A stretch of DNA of 64,000 nt from a virus. The DNA lies in IMG/VR virus record IMGVR_UViG_3300028422_001962, positions 1 through 64,000 of that record. One strand, 5' to 3'. Positions within the stretch are counted from its first letter, which is position 1. Every line of letters starts with the position of its first letter. Below the pieces are notes generated by a model. It did no database searches. It saw nothing but the letters and a program-made list of their open reading frames with translations, and was not told the origin of the DNA. A program made the position numbers and the translations under genes. Of the stretch, positions 18,125 to 29,275 are shown piece after piece.

Positions 18125-20998
18125 ATGCCATATACAGCACATCAAATAAAGTTCTTTGCCGAACAGCTTATGCTGAAACGTCCTCAGCACTCAATTGACG
18201 GGCTTGCTTCTGCTATGTCAGGAGTGAAAGTGGATTTGAACCCGCACCAAGTAGACGCCGCTTTATTTGCTCTGCAGTCGCCACTGTCAAACGGAGTGTT
18301 ACTTGCGGACGAAGTTGGGCTTGGGAAAACCATAGAAGCCGGTCTTGTTCTTGCTCAATGCTGGTCGGAGCGCAAGCGGAAAATCCTCTTGATTGTCACT
18401 GCCTCGCTCCGCACACAATGGAGAGCTGAGCTGGAGGAGAAATTTTTTATTCGTTCTGAAATACTGGAATCAAAGAATTATAACAAGGCGAAGAAAGAGA
18501 ACCCGTCTTGCAACCCGTTTTTAGCGCAGGACGCAGTGGTGATTTGTTCATATAACTTTGCATCGACAAAGATGCAGGATGTTCGGTCGGTAGATTGGGA
18601 CTTAGTTATTATGGATGAGGCGCATAAGCTTCGCAACGTCTATAAGCGAAACAACGTGATGGGCAACAATCTGAAAATTGCTCTCCGTGGGCGGAAAAAA
18701 CTGCTCCTCACGGCGACACCATTACAAAACAATTTGATGGAACTGTACGGCCTTGTCAGCATTATTGACGAGCAAGTTTTTGGCGACCCTGATATTTTTC
18801 GTGAAGTATATGTCAACGTGAGTAATATAGAGAGCCGCAACAGGAACCTAAAAGTACGCTTACAGAATTTTTGTAAAAGAACCCTACGCCGACAAGTGGC
18901 AGAATATGTGCCATATACCAATCGAACGGCTATTTTACAGGAATATACACCAAGCCACGATGAGGAGCAACTGTACTCAGACGTATCTGATTATTTACAA
19001 CGGGAACGACTTCACGCTTTTCCGCAAGGACAACGTCAACTCCTGATGTTAGTGGCGCGAAAATTGCTTGCATCATCTTCAATGGCAATTCACGGCACTC
19101 TGTCCACCATTATTGACCGCCTGAACCTAAAACTAAGTGATTATCAAGCCCAGTTGAAACTGACAGACCTTGATGATTACGATGGCATTGAGGAGTTAAT
19201 TGACGAGGAATCGAACGGTGCCGATAACGGTGCTGTGGATGAAATGGCGGCAGATTACGAAGGTATAAGGGCGGAAATTGAGGAACTGAAACAATACGCC
19301 GCTCTTGCCGAAAGAATTACAACCAACGCCAAGGGAGACAATCTTCTGACCGCTCTTAATCGCGGATTTGAAATGAATGAACGCCTTGGTGGTGCAAGAA
19401 AAGCAGTAATATTTACTGAATCAAAGCGGACGCAGCAGTACCTTATGAATCTGCTTTCCCAAAATGGTTATGATGGACAGATTGTTTTTCTGGACGGATC
19501 AAATAACGACCCAGTATCTACTCGCGTTTATAAGGAATGGCGCGAGCGGCACGAAGACGACGGCAAAATTTCAGGCTCAACAGCAGCGGATAAAAAGTCG
19601 GCGATTGTTGAGGAATTCCGCGACCGCGCTTCAATTCTCATCGGAACAGAAGCTGCTGCCGAGGGAATCAACCTGCAATTTTGCAATATTGTTGTCAACT
19701 ATGACTTACCGTGGAATCCTCAGCGCATAGAGCAGCGTATTGGCCGTTGCCACCGTTATGGGCAAAAGAATGATGTTATTGTCATCAACTTTTTAAATCG
19801 CGCCAACGCCGCCGATGAGAGGGTTTTTGAATTACTATCTCAGAAGTTTAGGCTGTTTGATGGTGTGTTCGGTTCGTCGGATGAAGTGCTTGGAGCCATT
19901 GAGGATGGCGTGGATTTTGAAAAGCGTATCCTTGATATTTACCAGTCTTGTCGTGAATCGGATGCAATCAGGGCGGCGTTTGATGCTCTGCAGGAGGAGC
20001 TATCCGAACAGATAAGTGAAAACATTACTAAGGCGCGGCAGTCTATATTGGAAAATTTCGATGAGGATGTTTTCAAACATCTGAAAGACTGTCACGAGGG
20101 GACAAAAGCAGAACTCGACAAGTTTTCCCGGTGGCTTTGTAACTTCTTTACTATGTGGGGAGCGGAACGGGTTGAGCCTCTCGACCAATGGCGCTTTGCT
20201 TACATAGAAAATGGCGAGCGTAAGACTTATAACCTCCGTTGGAAAGACGCAGAAGCACTACATGATGAGTTTTTGCGCCGGGATGGTGAACTTTGCACCA
20301 AGTGGATTGCTGAAGCAATGAATACAAATGCGCCTCCCGTTGCCATACGGTTTAATCATTCAGACTTGCCACAGAAAGACCATATCAGCTTTTTGGACAG
20401 CCATCCTACTCTGAATAACGGCATCATCTCAATCGACAAGCTGACGCATAGGGGTATTGACAATGAGGAGCATCTGATTGTATCTGTTGTCACCAACGAT
20501 GGTACACTCATTGATGGCGATGATGCAGGCAATATAATTGACCGTATTATGGAGCTACCGGCCGATATCGTCGGCGAGTGTTCGCCCGAATCGGAAACTC
20601 TTATCAGGCGGCGGCAGGAAGGTATTCAACGGCAAAAGGATGATATCGCCGAACGCAACAAGATGTATTTCTTGGAGCAGGTCGAAAAACTGGACGCTTT
20701 CAGTGAAGATTTAAAAGAAGGATTACAAAAGCAACTGAAAGCCCTGAAAAAGGAAATAGCAGAAAAACGTAAGGATTTTCGAACTTCAAAGGATATCTGC
20801 TCTCTTGATGAAATGTTGGAGAAACGATCGGCGATTACCGCCTTAGAAGATAAGCGCAAAAAAATGGAGCGGGAAATAAGCCTCGAAGAAGATAGGATTA
20901 CCCTTGAGAATGAGGCTTTACAGGAAGATATCCGCACCCGTTTAAACGGCGAAATCGAAACCGAAACGATAATGACTTTCTCGTTCGAGATAGTATAG
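18125..20998 (+). CDS. SNF2/RapA(DrmD)-like helicase
   Basis: LADEVGLGKT, MDEAH, LTATP, AAEGINLQ, EQRIGRCHRYGQ; C-terminal coiled coil. Confidence 0.92.
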   Translation: MPYTAHQIKFFAEQLMLKRPQHSIDGLASAMSGVKVDLNPHQVDAALFALQSPLSNGVLLADEVGLGKTIEAGLVLAQCWSERKRKILLIVTASLRTQWRAELEEKFFIRSEILESKNYNKAKKENPSCNPFLAQDAVVICSYNFASTKMQDVRSVDWDLVIMDEAHKLRNVYKRNNVMGNNLKIALRGRKKLLLTATPLQNNLMELYGLVSIIDEQVFGDPDIFREVYVNVSNIESRNRNLKVRLQNFCKRTLRRQVAEYVPYTNRTAILQEYTPSHDEEQLYSDVSDYLQRERLHAFPQGQRQLLMLVARKLLASSSMAIHGTLSTIIDRLNLKLSDYQAQLKLTDLDDYDGIEELIDEESNGADNGAVDEMAADYEGIRAEIEELKQYAALAERITTNAKGDNLLTALNRGFEMNERLGGARKAVIFTESKRTQQYLMNLLSQNGYDGQIVFLDGSNNDPVSTRVYKEWRERHEDDGKISGSTAADKKSAIVEEFRDRASILIGTEAAAEGINLQFCNIVVNYDLPWNPQRIEQRIGRCHRYGQKNDVIVINFLNRANAADERVFELLSQKFRLFDGVFGSSDEVLGAIEDGVDFEKRILDIYQSCRESDAIRAAFDALQEELSEQISENITKARQSILENFDEDVFKHLKDCHEGTKAELDKFSRWLCNFFTMWGAERVEPLDQWRFAYIENGERKTYNLRWKDAEALHDEFLRRDGELCTKWIAEAMNTNAPPVAIRFNHSDLPQKDHISFLDSHPTLNNGIISIDKLTHRGIDNEEHLIVSVVTNDGTLIDGDDAGNIIDRIMELPADIVGECSPESETLIRRRQEGIQRQKDDIAERNKMYFLEQVEKLDAFSEDLKEGLQKQLKALKKEIAEKRKDFRTSKDICSLDEMLEKRSAITALEDKRKKMEREISLEEDRITLENEALQEDIRTRLNGEIETETIMTFSFEIV

Positions 20999-21011
20999 GA
21001 GGATTTTATAT

Positions 21012-22592
21012 ATGCAGAAACTTGAGCTCACGTGGATTGGTAAGGGCGATGAGCCCGCTGTCGAACCACGTATACTGCTTCACGATGCTTCAAAGGATTA
21101 CGGCGACCCCGCCGCTGATAATATGCTGATCCACGGTGATAACCTGCTCGCGCTGAAAGCCTTGGAGCAGGAATTCGCCGGGCAGGTGAAGTGCATCTAT
21201 ATTGATCCTCCATATAACACGGGCAGCGCTTTTGAACATTACAACGACAACTTAGAACACTCCACCTGGCTATCGCTAATGGTTCCGCGCCTGCGTATCC
21301 TGCGTAATTTGTTGAGTGATGACGGTAGTATTTGGATTAGCATTGATGACGAAGAACGCGATTATCTCAAAGTGGTCTGCGATGAAATATTTGGCCGCAA
21401 TTGCTTCGTGAGTGCAGTGTGTTGGCGCAATTCTGATAATAGTAACAATAATGCTTTAACATTTTCGATTGACCACAATTATATTTTAGTTTATGGTCGG
21501 AATCCCGGATGGAGGCCGAAGTTTCTTAATGATCCGAGTAAACGAACGCACTTTAAGAATCCCAACAATGACCCGCGGGGCCCATGGTTTGACGGAAATC
21601 CTGTTAATAATCCGGGATTGAGAGTAAATCTCCAGTACAACATCACCACTCCAAACGGGAAAATTATTAAGCACCCACCGAATGGCTGGCGTTGGTCATG
21701 GGAAACCATCCAAGAAAAGATGAAAACAGGTGAAATCCGATTTTCGGAGGATGAAACGCGACTAATAAGGCGAACTTATCTTAATGATATGGAAGGATTG
21801 CCACCGTCAACATTATGGACGGATTTGGATACGACAGGGCATACTCGTAAAGCAAAATATGAATTAAAAAACTTATTCCCTGAGGTTCCGGTAACCAGCC
21901 TGTTCAGTACCCCGAAGCCAGAACTGTTAATCAATTATGTTCTACAACTGGCAACTAATTCCGGCGACCTCGTTCTTGACTCGTTCCTCGGCTCAGGCAC
22001 AACCGCCGCAGTTGCTCACAAGATGGGACGGCGATATATCGGTATCGAACTAGGCGAGCATTGTTATACTCACTGCCTGCCCCGCTTGCAAAAAGTAGTG
22101 GACGGCGAACAAGGCGGCATTTCTAAAGCCGTAGACTGGCAAGGCGGTGGCGGTTTCAAGTTATACGAACTTGCATCCACGCTGATTGTGACGGACAAGC
22201 ACGGCCAATCTGTCATTAACGACAAGTATAATGCGCAAATGCTCGTCGCCGCAATCGCCAAACTCAATGGCTACGATTATGCGCCTGATACCGATGTGTT
22301 CTGGAAACAGGGAAAAAGTCAGGCGGGCAGCTTCATCTTCGTCACAACCGAATACCTTACGGCGGCACAGCTTGACGATATCTCCCGCGACCTGCCGGAG
22401 TATGAACGTCTGCTTATTTGCGCCCCGGCATTTGATATTGGTCTTGGCAAACGCTACGAGAACATAAATGTCCGTAAAATTCCGCAGTCGGTTCTCGATA
22501 AGTGTGAGTATGGTGCGGACAACTACAACCTGAATATTGTAAATCCCCCCGAACTGGACGAAGACGAATGGGAGGACGGAGAAGATGCTTAG
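21012..22592 (+). CDS. mod: Type III RM methyltransferase (Mod)
   Basis: IHGDNL, IYIDPPYNTG, FSTPKPE, DSFLGSGTT. Confidence 0.92.
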   Translation: MQKLELTWIGKGDEPAVEPRILLHDASKDYGDPAADNMLIHGDNLLALKALEQEFAGQVKCIYIDPPYNTGSAFEHYNDNLEHSTWLSLMVPRLRILRNLLSDDGSIWISIDDEERDYLKVVCDEIFGRNCFVSAVCWRNSDNSNNNALTFSIDHNYILVYGRNPGWRPKFLNDPSKRTHFKNPNNDPRGPWFDGNPVNNPGLRVNLQYNITTPNGKIIKHPPNGWRWSWETIQEKMKTGEIRFSEDETRLIRRTYLNDMEGLPPSTLWTDLDTTGHTRKAKYELKNLFPEVPVTSLFSTPKPELLINYVLQLATNSGDLVLDSFLGSGTTAAVAHKMGRRYIGIELGEHCYTHCLPRLQKVVDGEQGGISKAVDWQGGGGFKLYELASTLIVTDKHGQSVINDKYNAQMLVAAIAKLNGYDYAPDTDVFWKQGKSQAGSFIFVTTEYLTAAQLDDISRDLPEYERLLICAPAFDIGLGKRYENINVRKIPQSVLDKCEYGADNYNLNIVNPPELDEDEWEDGEDA

Positions 22593-25332
22593 AGAACCTT
22601 ATTCGGCGAAATCATACTCCTATAACTCAAAATACATTGACAATCGCCTTGCCCTCCGTCCCCCTCAGAAGGAGAGCTTGGAGCGGTTCGCGCGGATTGT
22701 GGATATACTCTCCCTCTCAAAAACACCGAACTTGGATGAGGAACTCATAAAAATCCGTGAACTGTTCCCAACACTCACCAGTTTTGAGCGGGACTTTCCG
22801 TCGGTATGCTTCGCCCTTGCCACGGGCATAGGCAAAACTCGATTGATGGGCGCAATGATTGCCTATCTGCACTACGAGAAAGGTGTCAATAATTATTTTG
22901 TGATGGCCCCCAACCTCACGATTTATAAGAAGCTGAAAAACGACCTCGGTAACCCGAACAATGAAAAGTACGTGTTTCGAGGTTTAGATAAGTTCGTCAA
23001 CGCGCCACGCATTATCGATGGCGACAATTACGAAGAATTCCGTCAGATGTCGCTGTTTGAAGGCGGCGTTACCATCAACGTCTTTAACATCAGCAAACTG
23101 AACTCAGAGAGCGGACGGATGCGCCGCTTGCAGGAGGTTCTTGGGCAGTCTTATTTTTCGTATTTACAATCCTTGCCCGACCTCTGCATCTTTATGGACG
23201 AAAGCCACCACTACCACGCCGACAGAGGGTTTGACACCATAAACGAGCTTCACCCAGTCCTTGGTGTGGAACTTACCGCAACACCACAAATTCAAAAAGG
23301 CGCACGGAAGATCGATTTCAATAACGTGGTGTATGAATACTCTCTTGCTCATGCGCTGAACGACGGGCTTTACGTCAAAGTCCCCGCCGTATTCACTCGC
23401 CGGGATTTTCGCCATGAAGAATATACCCCGCAACAACTTGACCGCGAAAAACTCAACGACGGCATCCGTCTGCACGAAGAAACAAAAAGCAGACTGGATG
23501 TGTACGCTCGTACCCACGGCAAGTCCATTGTTAAGCCGTTTGTGCTTGTTGTTGCCAAAGATACAACCCACTCTCGGGAAATACGCGAGTATCTCACTTC
23601 GGATGCTTTCTTTCATGGATATTACAAAGATAAGGTATTGGAAATCAACTCGGCACAGCGCGGCTCGGAAAAGGACGAGAACATAGAGCTGCTACTCTCG
23701 CTTGAGTTGACCACCAATGTAATCGAAATCGTCATTCACGTCAATATGCTCAAGGAGGGCTGGGACGTGACGAACCTCTATACCATTATCCCTCTCCGCG
23801 CTTCGGCATCCGAAACACTCACGGAACAGACCATTGGGAGAGGTTTGCGTTTGCCTTATGGTCAGAGAGCAGGAGTGGATGAGGTTGACAGACTCTCTAT
23901 CGTCAGTCACGACCGTTATCAGGCGATTGTAGACCTTGCTAAAGACCCGAACTCACTTGTCCGTAAGATTTACTACATTGAGGAACAAGAACTTCCCGAA
24001 AGCGAAGACGGGCGCGAAACCGTACCTCTTCCGACAGTTTATGACGCGTTGACCTCCGGCGAGAGCTTCACACAACAGTTGGCGTTTACCCTGCGTGAAA
24101 CGGCGACGGACGAATACAAAGCTGAAAAAACGCCCGACCAGACGATGCTTATCGCAAGCATTGTCCAAAGTATAACCGCTAAAACGGTGGTCGAGGTTAA
24201 CAGGCAGGTTCGGAATATTAATGCCATTAATGATGAACAAACGCGCAAATGGGTGCATGGCAGTATTGTTACGCAAGCCATACAGCAACTTCCCGAATTT
24301 GGGCTAAAAGAAGAGGACTTAACAGCAGTTGTCACGAAAGCAATCGAAACTTGTGCCCAAGCCCTCACAGAAAACGTCATTCCGATACCGCAGTCAGTCG
24401 TTCAGCCCCATACCGAAGTTAAGCGTGGATTTTATGACTTCACGCTTGATACGAGCCGTATGCGTTGGCATCCGTCCGACGACACACTCCTCGGCACGGA
24501 ACTCATGGAGGGCGGCGAAACCTTTACGCTGGAAACAGGAACAGTTGCATTTGCAAAGATTGATACAGTGGAAAATGAGATTGTCCGACATATTATCGTC
24601 CATGATAACGTGGACTACGCAACTTGTTCAGACCTCATCTATTCACTTATCACAGATGCCAAGCGGCACTTTTTGTCGTACTTGAATGATGAGGAAACGG
24701 AAAAAGTCATGCGCGATCGGCAGCGCACCATCGCTGAAATCATCTACGCGCAGATGAACGAGCATTTTTATAAAGAGGAAGTCAGCTATAGGGCAGCCAA
24801 TATGCGCCCATTCACAAGGATTGAACCGAGTTTCGGCGGCAAGTTTAAATCGGATGAGATATATGACTTGCGGACGCCTATGGCGGCATCTGATGTGAAG
24901 TCCAAGATATTCAGCGGATTTAAAAAAGCAGGTCATACGCTGTACAAATTCGACAGTGACACGGAGCGAACTTTTGCAGTCGTGCTGGAGAACGATAATG
25001 CCGTTCTTCGTTGGTTGCGTCCCGCGCCGCGTCAGTTTAACATCTACTGGGGACAAGGCGGCGCGAGCCGTTATGAGCCAGATTTCATTGTTGAGACCGC
25101 CGAAACAATTTATATGTGCGAACCGAAAGCGAGCAACAAGATGCGAGATGCGGACGTGCTTGAAAAGCAGGAAGCCGCAGAAGAATACTGCCGCGCCGCC
25201 AGTGAATTCAACACCGAAAACGGCGGTAAACCGTGGAAGTATGTTCTTATTTCTCACGATGAAATCCGACCGCAGTCGAGTTTTACTTATCTCGCAAAAC
25301 AAGCTTCGCACGAGCAGTTATCGATAGAGTAG
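22585..25332 (+). CDS. res: Type III RM restriction subunit (Res)
   Basis: LATGIGKT, MDESHH, EGWDV, QTIGRGLR; C-terminal YEPDF..EPK nuclease motif; overlaps mod. Confidence 0.9.
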   Translation: MLREPYSAKSYSYNSKYIDNRLALRPPQKESLERFARIVDILSLSKTPNLDEELIKIRELFPTLTSFERDFPSVCFALATGIGKTRLMGAMIAYLHYEKGVNNYFVMAPNLTIYKKLKNDLGNPNNEKYVFRGLDKFVNAPRIIDGDNYEEFRQMSLFEGGVTINVFNISKLNSESGRMRRLQEVLGQSYFSYLQSLPDLCIFMDESHHYHADRGFDTINELHPVLGVELTATPQIQKGARKIDFNNVVYEYSLAHALNDGLYVKVPAVFTRRDFRHEEYTPQQLDREKLNDGIRLHEETKSRLDVYARTHGKSIVKPFVLVVAKDTTHSREIREYLTSDAFFHGYYKDKVLEINSAQRGSEKDENIELLLSLELTTNVIEIVIHVNMLKEGWDVTNLYTIIPLRASASETLTEQTIGRGLRLPYGQRAGVDEVDRLSIVSHDRYQAIVDLAKDPNSLVRKIYYIEEQELPESEDGRETVPLPTVYDALTSGESFTQQLAFTLRETATDEYKAEKTPDQTMLIASIVQSITAKTVVEVNRQVRNINAINDEQTRKWVHGSIVTQAIQQLPEFGLKEEDLTAVVTKAIETCAQALTENVIPIPQSVVQPHTEVKRGFYDFTLDTSRMRWHPSDDTLLGTELMEGGETFTLETGTVAFAKIDTVENEIVRHIIVHDNVDYATCSDLIYSLITDAKRHFLSYLNDEETEKVMRDRQRTIAEIIYAQMNEHFYKEEVSYRAANMRPFTRIEPSFGGKFKSDEIYDLRTPMAASDVKSKIFSGFKKAGHTLYKFDSDTERTFAVVLENDNAVLRWLRPAPRQFNIYWGQGGASRYEPDFIVETAETIYMCEPKASNKMRDADVLEKQEAAEEYCRAASEFNTENGGKPWKYVLISHDEIRPQSSFTYLAKQASHEQLSIE

Positions 25333-25357
25333 ACACTTCTAAGGAGGGAGTTGCCAC

Positions 25358-26500
25358 ATGAAATTTTTTCACTTATCCGACCTGCATCTCGGTAAGCGTG
25401 TCAACGAGTTTTCCATGCTGGAAGACCAGTGGGACATCCTGCAAAAAATTGTTGTGCTTGCCAAAGAGAATAAACCGCATGCCATCCTCATCGCAGGTGA
25501 TGTCTACGATAAAGCTATGCCCATTGTAGAGGCCGTCCAACTATTGGATAGATTTCTTGTTTGGCTCAACGAACTGGGAATTGCGGTGTTTATAGTTTCC
25601 GGCAACCACGACAATGCTGAGCGTGTGGCGTTCGGCGCGGAATTGTTGAAAAACAGTAACGTGCATATTGTGCAGTCGTATAATGGCAAAATGAATCCTA
25701 TAACTCTCTCCGACAGATATGGCGATATCAATATCTGGATGCTACCGTATCTCAAGCCGTCCCTGGTCCGCAAGCACTTTCCTGACAGGGATATAACTAC
25801 ATACTCGAACGCCGTATCCGCAGCTTTGAGCAATGCGAATCTTGACACTTCAGTAAGAAATGTGCTGATTGCCCACCAGTTTGTTACCGGGGCAGTTACA
25901 AGCGAATCTGAAGAAATCTCTGTCGGTGGTTCGGAGAATGTGGATGGCTCGGTTTTTGATGGGTTTGATTACGTTGCATTAGGGCATATTCACCGTCCAC
26001 AGCAGATCGGTCGAGAAACCCTTCGATACAGCGGAACCCCGCTCAAATATTCGTTTTCGGAAGCAAGCCATACAAAATCTGTGACAGTCGTTGATATGGA
26101 TGTCAAGGGCAAGATAAAAATCACTGAATTGCCGCTTGTACCGCTCCGTGATATGCGTGAAGTTCGCGGCACATACAACGAGATTATGAACCGTAACAGC
26201 TACCGGGGTACGAACACGGAGGACTATATCCATATTGTGTTGACAGATGAGCACGATGAGCCGGATGCGATGTCAAAACTGCGAAACGTCTACCCTAACC
26301 TGATGCGCTTGGAGTACGATAACAGACGAACACAGGCAGCGAGTTCTCTCGAAACGGTAGCGTCCACGGAAAAGAAAACGCCATCTCAGTTATTCGGGGA
26401 ACTGTTCGAAATGCAAAACGGACAGCCGATGAGTGAAGAGCAATCAAAATATGTAACAAGCCTATTCAACGAAATCTGGGAGGAGGTGTCGAACTCATGA
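25358..26500 (+). CDS. sbcD: SbcD/Mre11 nuclease
   Basis: SDLHLG, AGDVYD, SGNHD, AHQFV, LGHIH. Confidence 0.95.
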   Translation: MKFFHLSDLHLGKRVNEFSMLEDQWDILQKIVVLAKENKPHAILIAGDVYDKAMPIVEAVQLLDRFLVWLNELGIAVFIVSGNHDNAERVAFGAELLKNSNVHIVQSYNGKMNPITLSDRYGDINIWMLPYLKPSLVRKHFPDRDITTYSNAVSAALSNANLDTSVRNVLIAHQFVTGAVTSESEEISVGGSENVDGSVFDGFDYVALGHIHRPQQIGRETLRYSGTPLKYSFSEASHTKSVTVVDMDVKGKIKITELPLVPLRDMREVRGTYNEIMNRNSYRGTNTEDYIHIVLTDEHDEPDAMSKLRNVYPNLMRLEYDNRRTQAASSLETVASTEKKTPSQLFGELFEMQNGQPMSEEQSKYVTSLFNEIWEEVSNS

Positions 26501-29265
26501 GACCTCTCAAACTGACCATGTCTGCCTTTGGCTGTTATGCAGACAAACAGACCGTTGATTTTCAAACGCTTGGCAATGAAGGGCTATACCTCATTACTGG
26601 TGATACTGGAGCGGGAAAAACAACCATATTCGATGCCATTACCTTCGCACTCTACGGGGAAACAAGCGGTGACAACAGGAAAGCAGAAATGCTGCGTAGC
26701 AAGTACGCACAAGAGAATGCAGAAACCTATGTTGAGCTTTCATTCCAATACCATGATAAGGTCTACCTTATCAAACGTAATCCGGCTTATGTGCGGGCAA
26801 AGCAACGTGGTGAAGGCACAACAGAGGAAAAGGCTGATGCCGAACTGCACCTACCAGACGACCGCATTGTGACGAAACTTAGAGAGGTCAACACCAAGGT
26901 CGAGGAAATACTCGGTATCAACCGTGAGCAGTTTGTCCAGATTGCGATGATAGCACAGGGTGAATTTCTGAAAGTCCTTCACGCCAGTACCGAAGACCGA
27001 ATCGAGATATTCCGTAAGATTTTTTATACGGACGCCTACAAAACATTTCAAGACAGAGTTAAGAAGGACGCGAACGGACTCGTTGCAGAAATCAAAGAGC
27101 AACGGCGCGGTTACGACTTTAGCCTCGGTAATGTTCAAGTAGATGCGAACGACGAAGAAAACACGCAAAAACTCTCCGATGCCAAGTCTGGGCTCTTATT
27201 GGCGGGTGATGTCATCGAATGGCTTACACTAATTATTTCTGCCGACGATGAAGCATTCTCCGCAAATGAGAAATTGTTGGAGAAAGTGGGCGTCAAACTG
27301 GCTGAAATAAACCAGAGGGTCGGGCAAGCCGAGCAGGATAAGAAAGCGCGTGACGCTTTAAAAGCTGCGGAAGACCGTCTCCCTTCTGAAATGGCGGCTC
27401 AGAATGAAGCTGAATCCGTTTTAAACGCGGAAAAAGCTAAACAGCCTGAATACGAGTCCGTAAAAACTCAAATTTCTGAAATAGAGCGGTCGTTGACTAA
27501 ATATCAGGAACTGCAAAATCTTATCGATTCGATAAAGTTAAACGAGGAAAAGTTATCTGTCGAAAAGCAAAATGCCGATAACTTACAAAAGAAACAAACC
27601 TCCGATACATCTGCGCTTAAGACCGCAAAAGAGGAACTCAAGTCTTTAGTGGATGCCGAAGTCATAGCCGAAACATTGCGTAGCCAACAAGGAAAGCTGA
27701 CCACAAAGCAGAGCAGTATTGGTTCGTTAACCGCTTTGCTCGAAGGTTATAGCAGACTGCTTTCTGAACTCAAAGCGGCACAAGACGATTACACCGAAAA
27801 GTCTACAATTGCAAAGACTAAGCGGGATGGATATGAAACTCTTAACAAGGCGTATCTCGATGAGCAAGCGGGGATATTGGCAGTAGAACTGAAAGATGGA
27901 CAACCCTGCCCAGTCTGCGGTTCTACCGAGCATCCTGATCCTGCGGTTTTATCTGTTAAGGCTCCTACAAAGGCGGAACTTGATAAGGCAAAGAAGGCCG
28001 CTGAGGCTGCAGAATCAGAAATGACTACTGCCAGTGGCTTGGCAAGCAACTTGAACGGGCAAAGCGGTACTAAGCGAGACGAAATCATAACCGCTGCAAC
28101 GACGTTATTGGGAGAAATCTTGTTCGATAATATCCCGTCGGTTTTGGAGAGTGCGTTAACTGAGGTCAAAACAGGACTTGCGGAAGTCAATGAGAAACTC
28201 GCCGAGCAAGAGAAAAGAATAGCTCGAAAAAAGGAACTTGAAGAAGCGATACCTACTTCCGAGAGTAACCTTATTAAAGTCGGCGAGGCTCTTGGTAAGT
28301 CCAAAGAACAAGTCGCTGCACTGACCACGCAGATTGACGCCGACAGCAAAACAAGGGACAAGCAGGCAGCGGAACTCAAATTTAAGAATGAGGCAGATGC
28401 CAAAGCGGAAATCACCGCTCTCAGCACCAAAAAGAAAGGCTACGAAGATGCCCTCCAAACCGTCCAGACCGCATATGATACAGCAAAAACGAAAGTGAAC
28501 GGCACAGCAACGGAGATACAAACATTGCAAGCACAGCTTGGTGATTCACAACCTTTGGATTTGGATGCACTAAAACAAGAAAAAGGCACTATTGAAAGCA
28601 CACAGCGTGGATTGGGCGAAATCAACCGTGTTGTCGGCACACGAAAGTCTGTCAACCAAACTGCGTTGAACGACATTAACAAAACGGCTAAAGCCATCAT
28701 GGAGCTCGAAGTTCGTTACAAGTGGTTGAAAGAAATTTCCGACACAGCAAACGGAGATATTAGCGGCAAAGAAAAAATCAAACTGGAAACCTATATCCAA
28801 GCAGCGTACTTCGACAGGATAATTGCGCGGGCAAATATTCGCCTTCTTCAGATGTCAAATAGCCAGTTCGAGTTAAAGCGGCGAGATGTAAGCGGCAAGC
28901 AGGGACAAAGCGGCTTAGACTTGAATGTCATTGACCACTACAATGGTACAGAACGCGATGCAAAAACGCTCTCAGGTGGTGAGTCGTTCATCGCCTCTCT
29001 GTCGCTTGCACTTGGTCTTTCGGATGAAATACAGAACAATGCTGGAGGCATACGTCTTGATTCGATGTTTGTTGATGAGGGCTTCGATTCATTAGATGAT
29101 ACGAAACTGTCACAATCAATACAGGCGTTGATGAGTATATCGCAGACCAATCGCCTTGTTGGGATAATATCACATGTTACTGGGCTTGATGAAAAAATAG
29201 GTCGCAAAATCGTCGTGATCAAAGACCGTACGGGTGGTAGCAGAGCCGAAATACTGGTGGGATAA
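26497..29265 (+). CDS. sbcC: SbcC/Rad50 SMC ATPase
   Basis: GDTGAGKTT, QGEF, CPVC zinc hook, LSGGE, FVDEGF, ISHV. Confidence 0.95.
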   Translation: MRPLKLTMSAFGCYADKQTVDFQTLGNEGLYLITGDTGAGKTTIFDAITFALYGETSGDNRKAEMLRSKYAQENAETYVELSFQYHDKVYLIKRNPAYVRAKQRGEGTTEEKADAELHLPDDRIVTKLREVNTKVEEILGINREQFVQIAMIAQGEFLKVLHASTEDRIEIFRKIFYTDAYKTFQDRVKKDANGLVAEIKEQRRGYDFSLGNVQVDANDEENTQKLSDAKSGLLLAGDVIEWLTLIISADDEAFSANEKLLEKVGVKLAEINQRVGQAEQDKKARDALKAAEDRLPSEMAAQNEAESVLNAEKAKQPEYESVKTQISEIERSLTKYQELQNLIDSIKLNEEKLSVEKQNADNLQKKQTSDTSALKTAKEELKSLVDAEVIAETLRSQQGKLTTKQSSIGSLTALLEGYSRLLSELKAAQDDYTEKSTIAKTKRDGYETLNKAYLDEQAGILAVELKDGQPCPVCGSTEHPDPAVLSVKAPTKAELDKAKKAAEAAESEMTTASGLASNLNGQSGTKRDEIITAATTLLGEILFDNIPSVLESALTEVKTGLAEVNEKLAEQEKRIARKKELEEAIPTSESNLIKVGEALGKSKEQVAALTTQIDADSKTRDKQAAELKFKNEADAKAEITALSTKKKGYEDALQTVQTAYDTAKTKVNGTATEIQTLQAQLGDSQPLDLDALKQEKGTIESTQRGLGEINRVVGTRKSVNQTALNDINKTAKAIMELEVRYKWLKEISDTANGDISGKEKIKLETYIQAAYFDRIIARANIRLLQMSNSQFELKRRDVSGKQGQSGLDLNVIDHYNGTERDAKTLSGGESFIASLSLALGLSDEIQNNAGGIRLDSMFVDEGFDSLDDTKLSQSIQALMSISQTNRLVGIISHVTGLDEKIGRKIVVIKDRTGGSRAEILVG

Positions 29266-29275
29266 GGAGATTTCT

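Noticed and set aside
26497-29265. Wadjet or Lamassu SMC
   Set aside because: Classical SbcC with zinc hook paired with SbcD; no JetABD or LmuA/C-like partners seen
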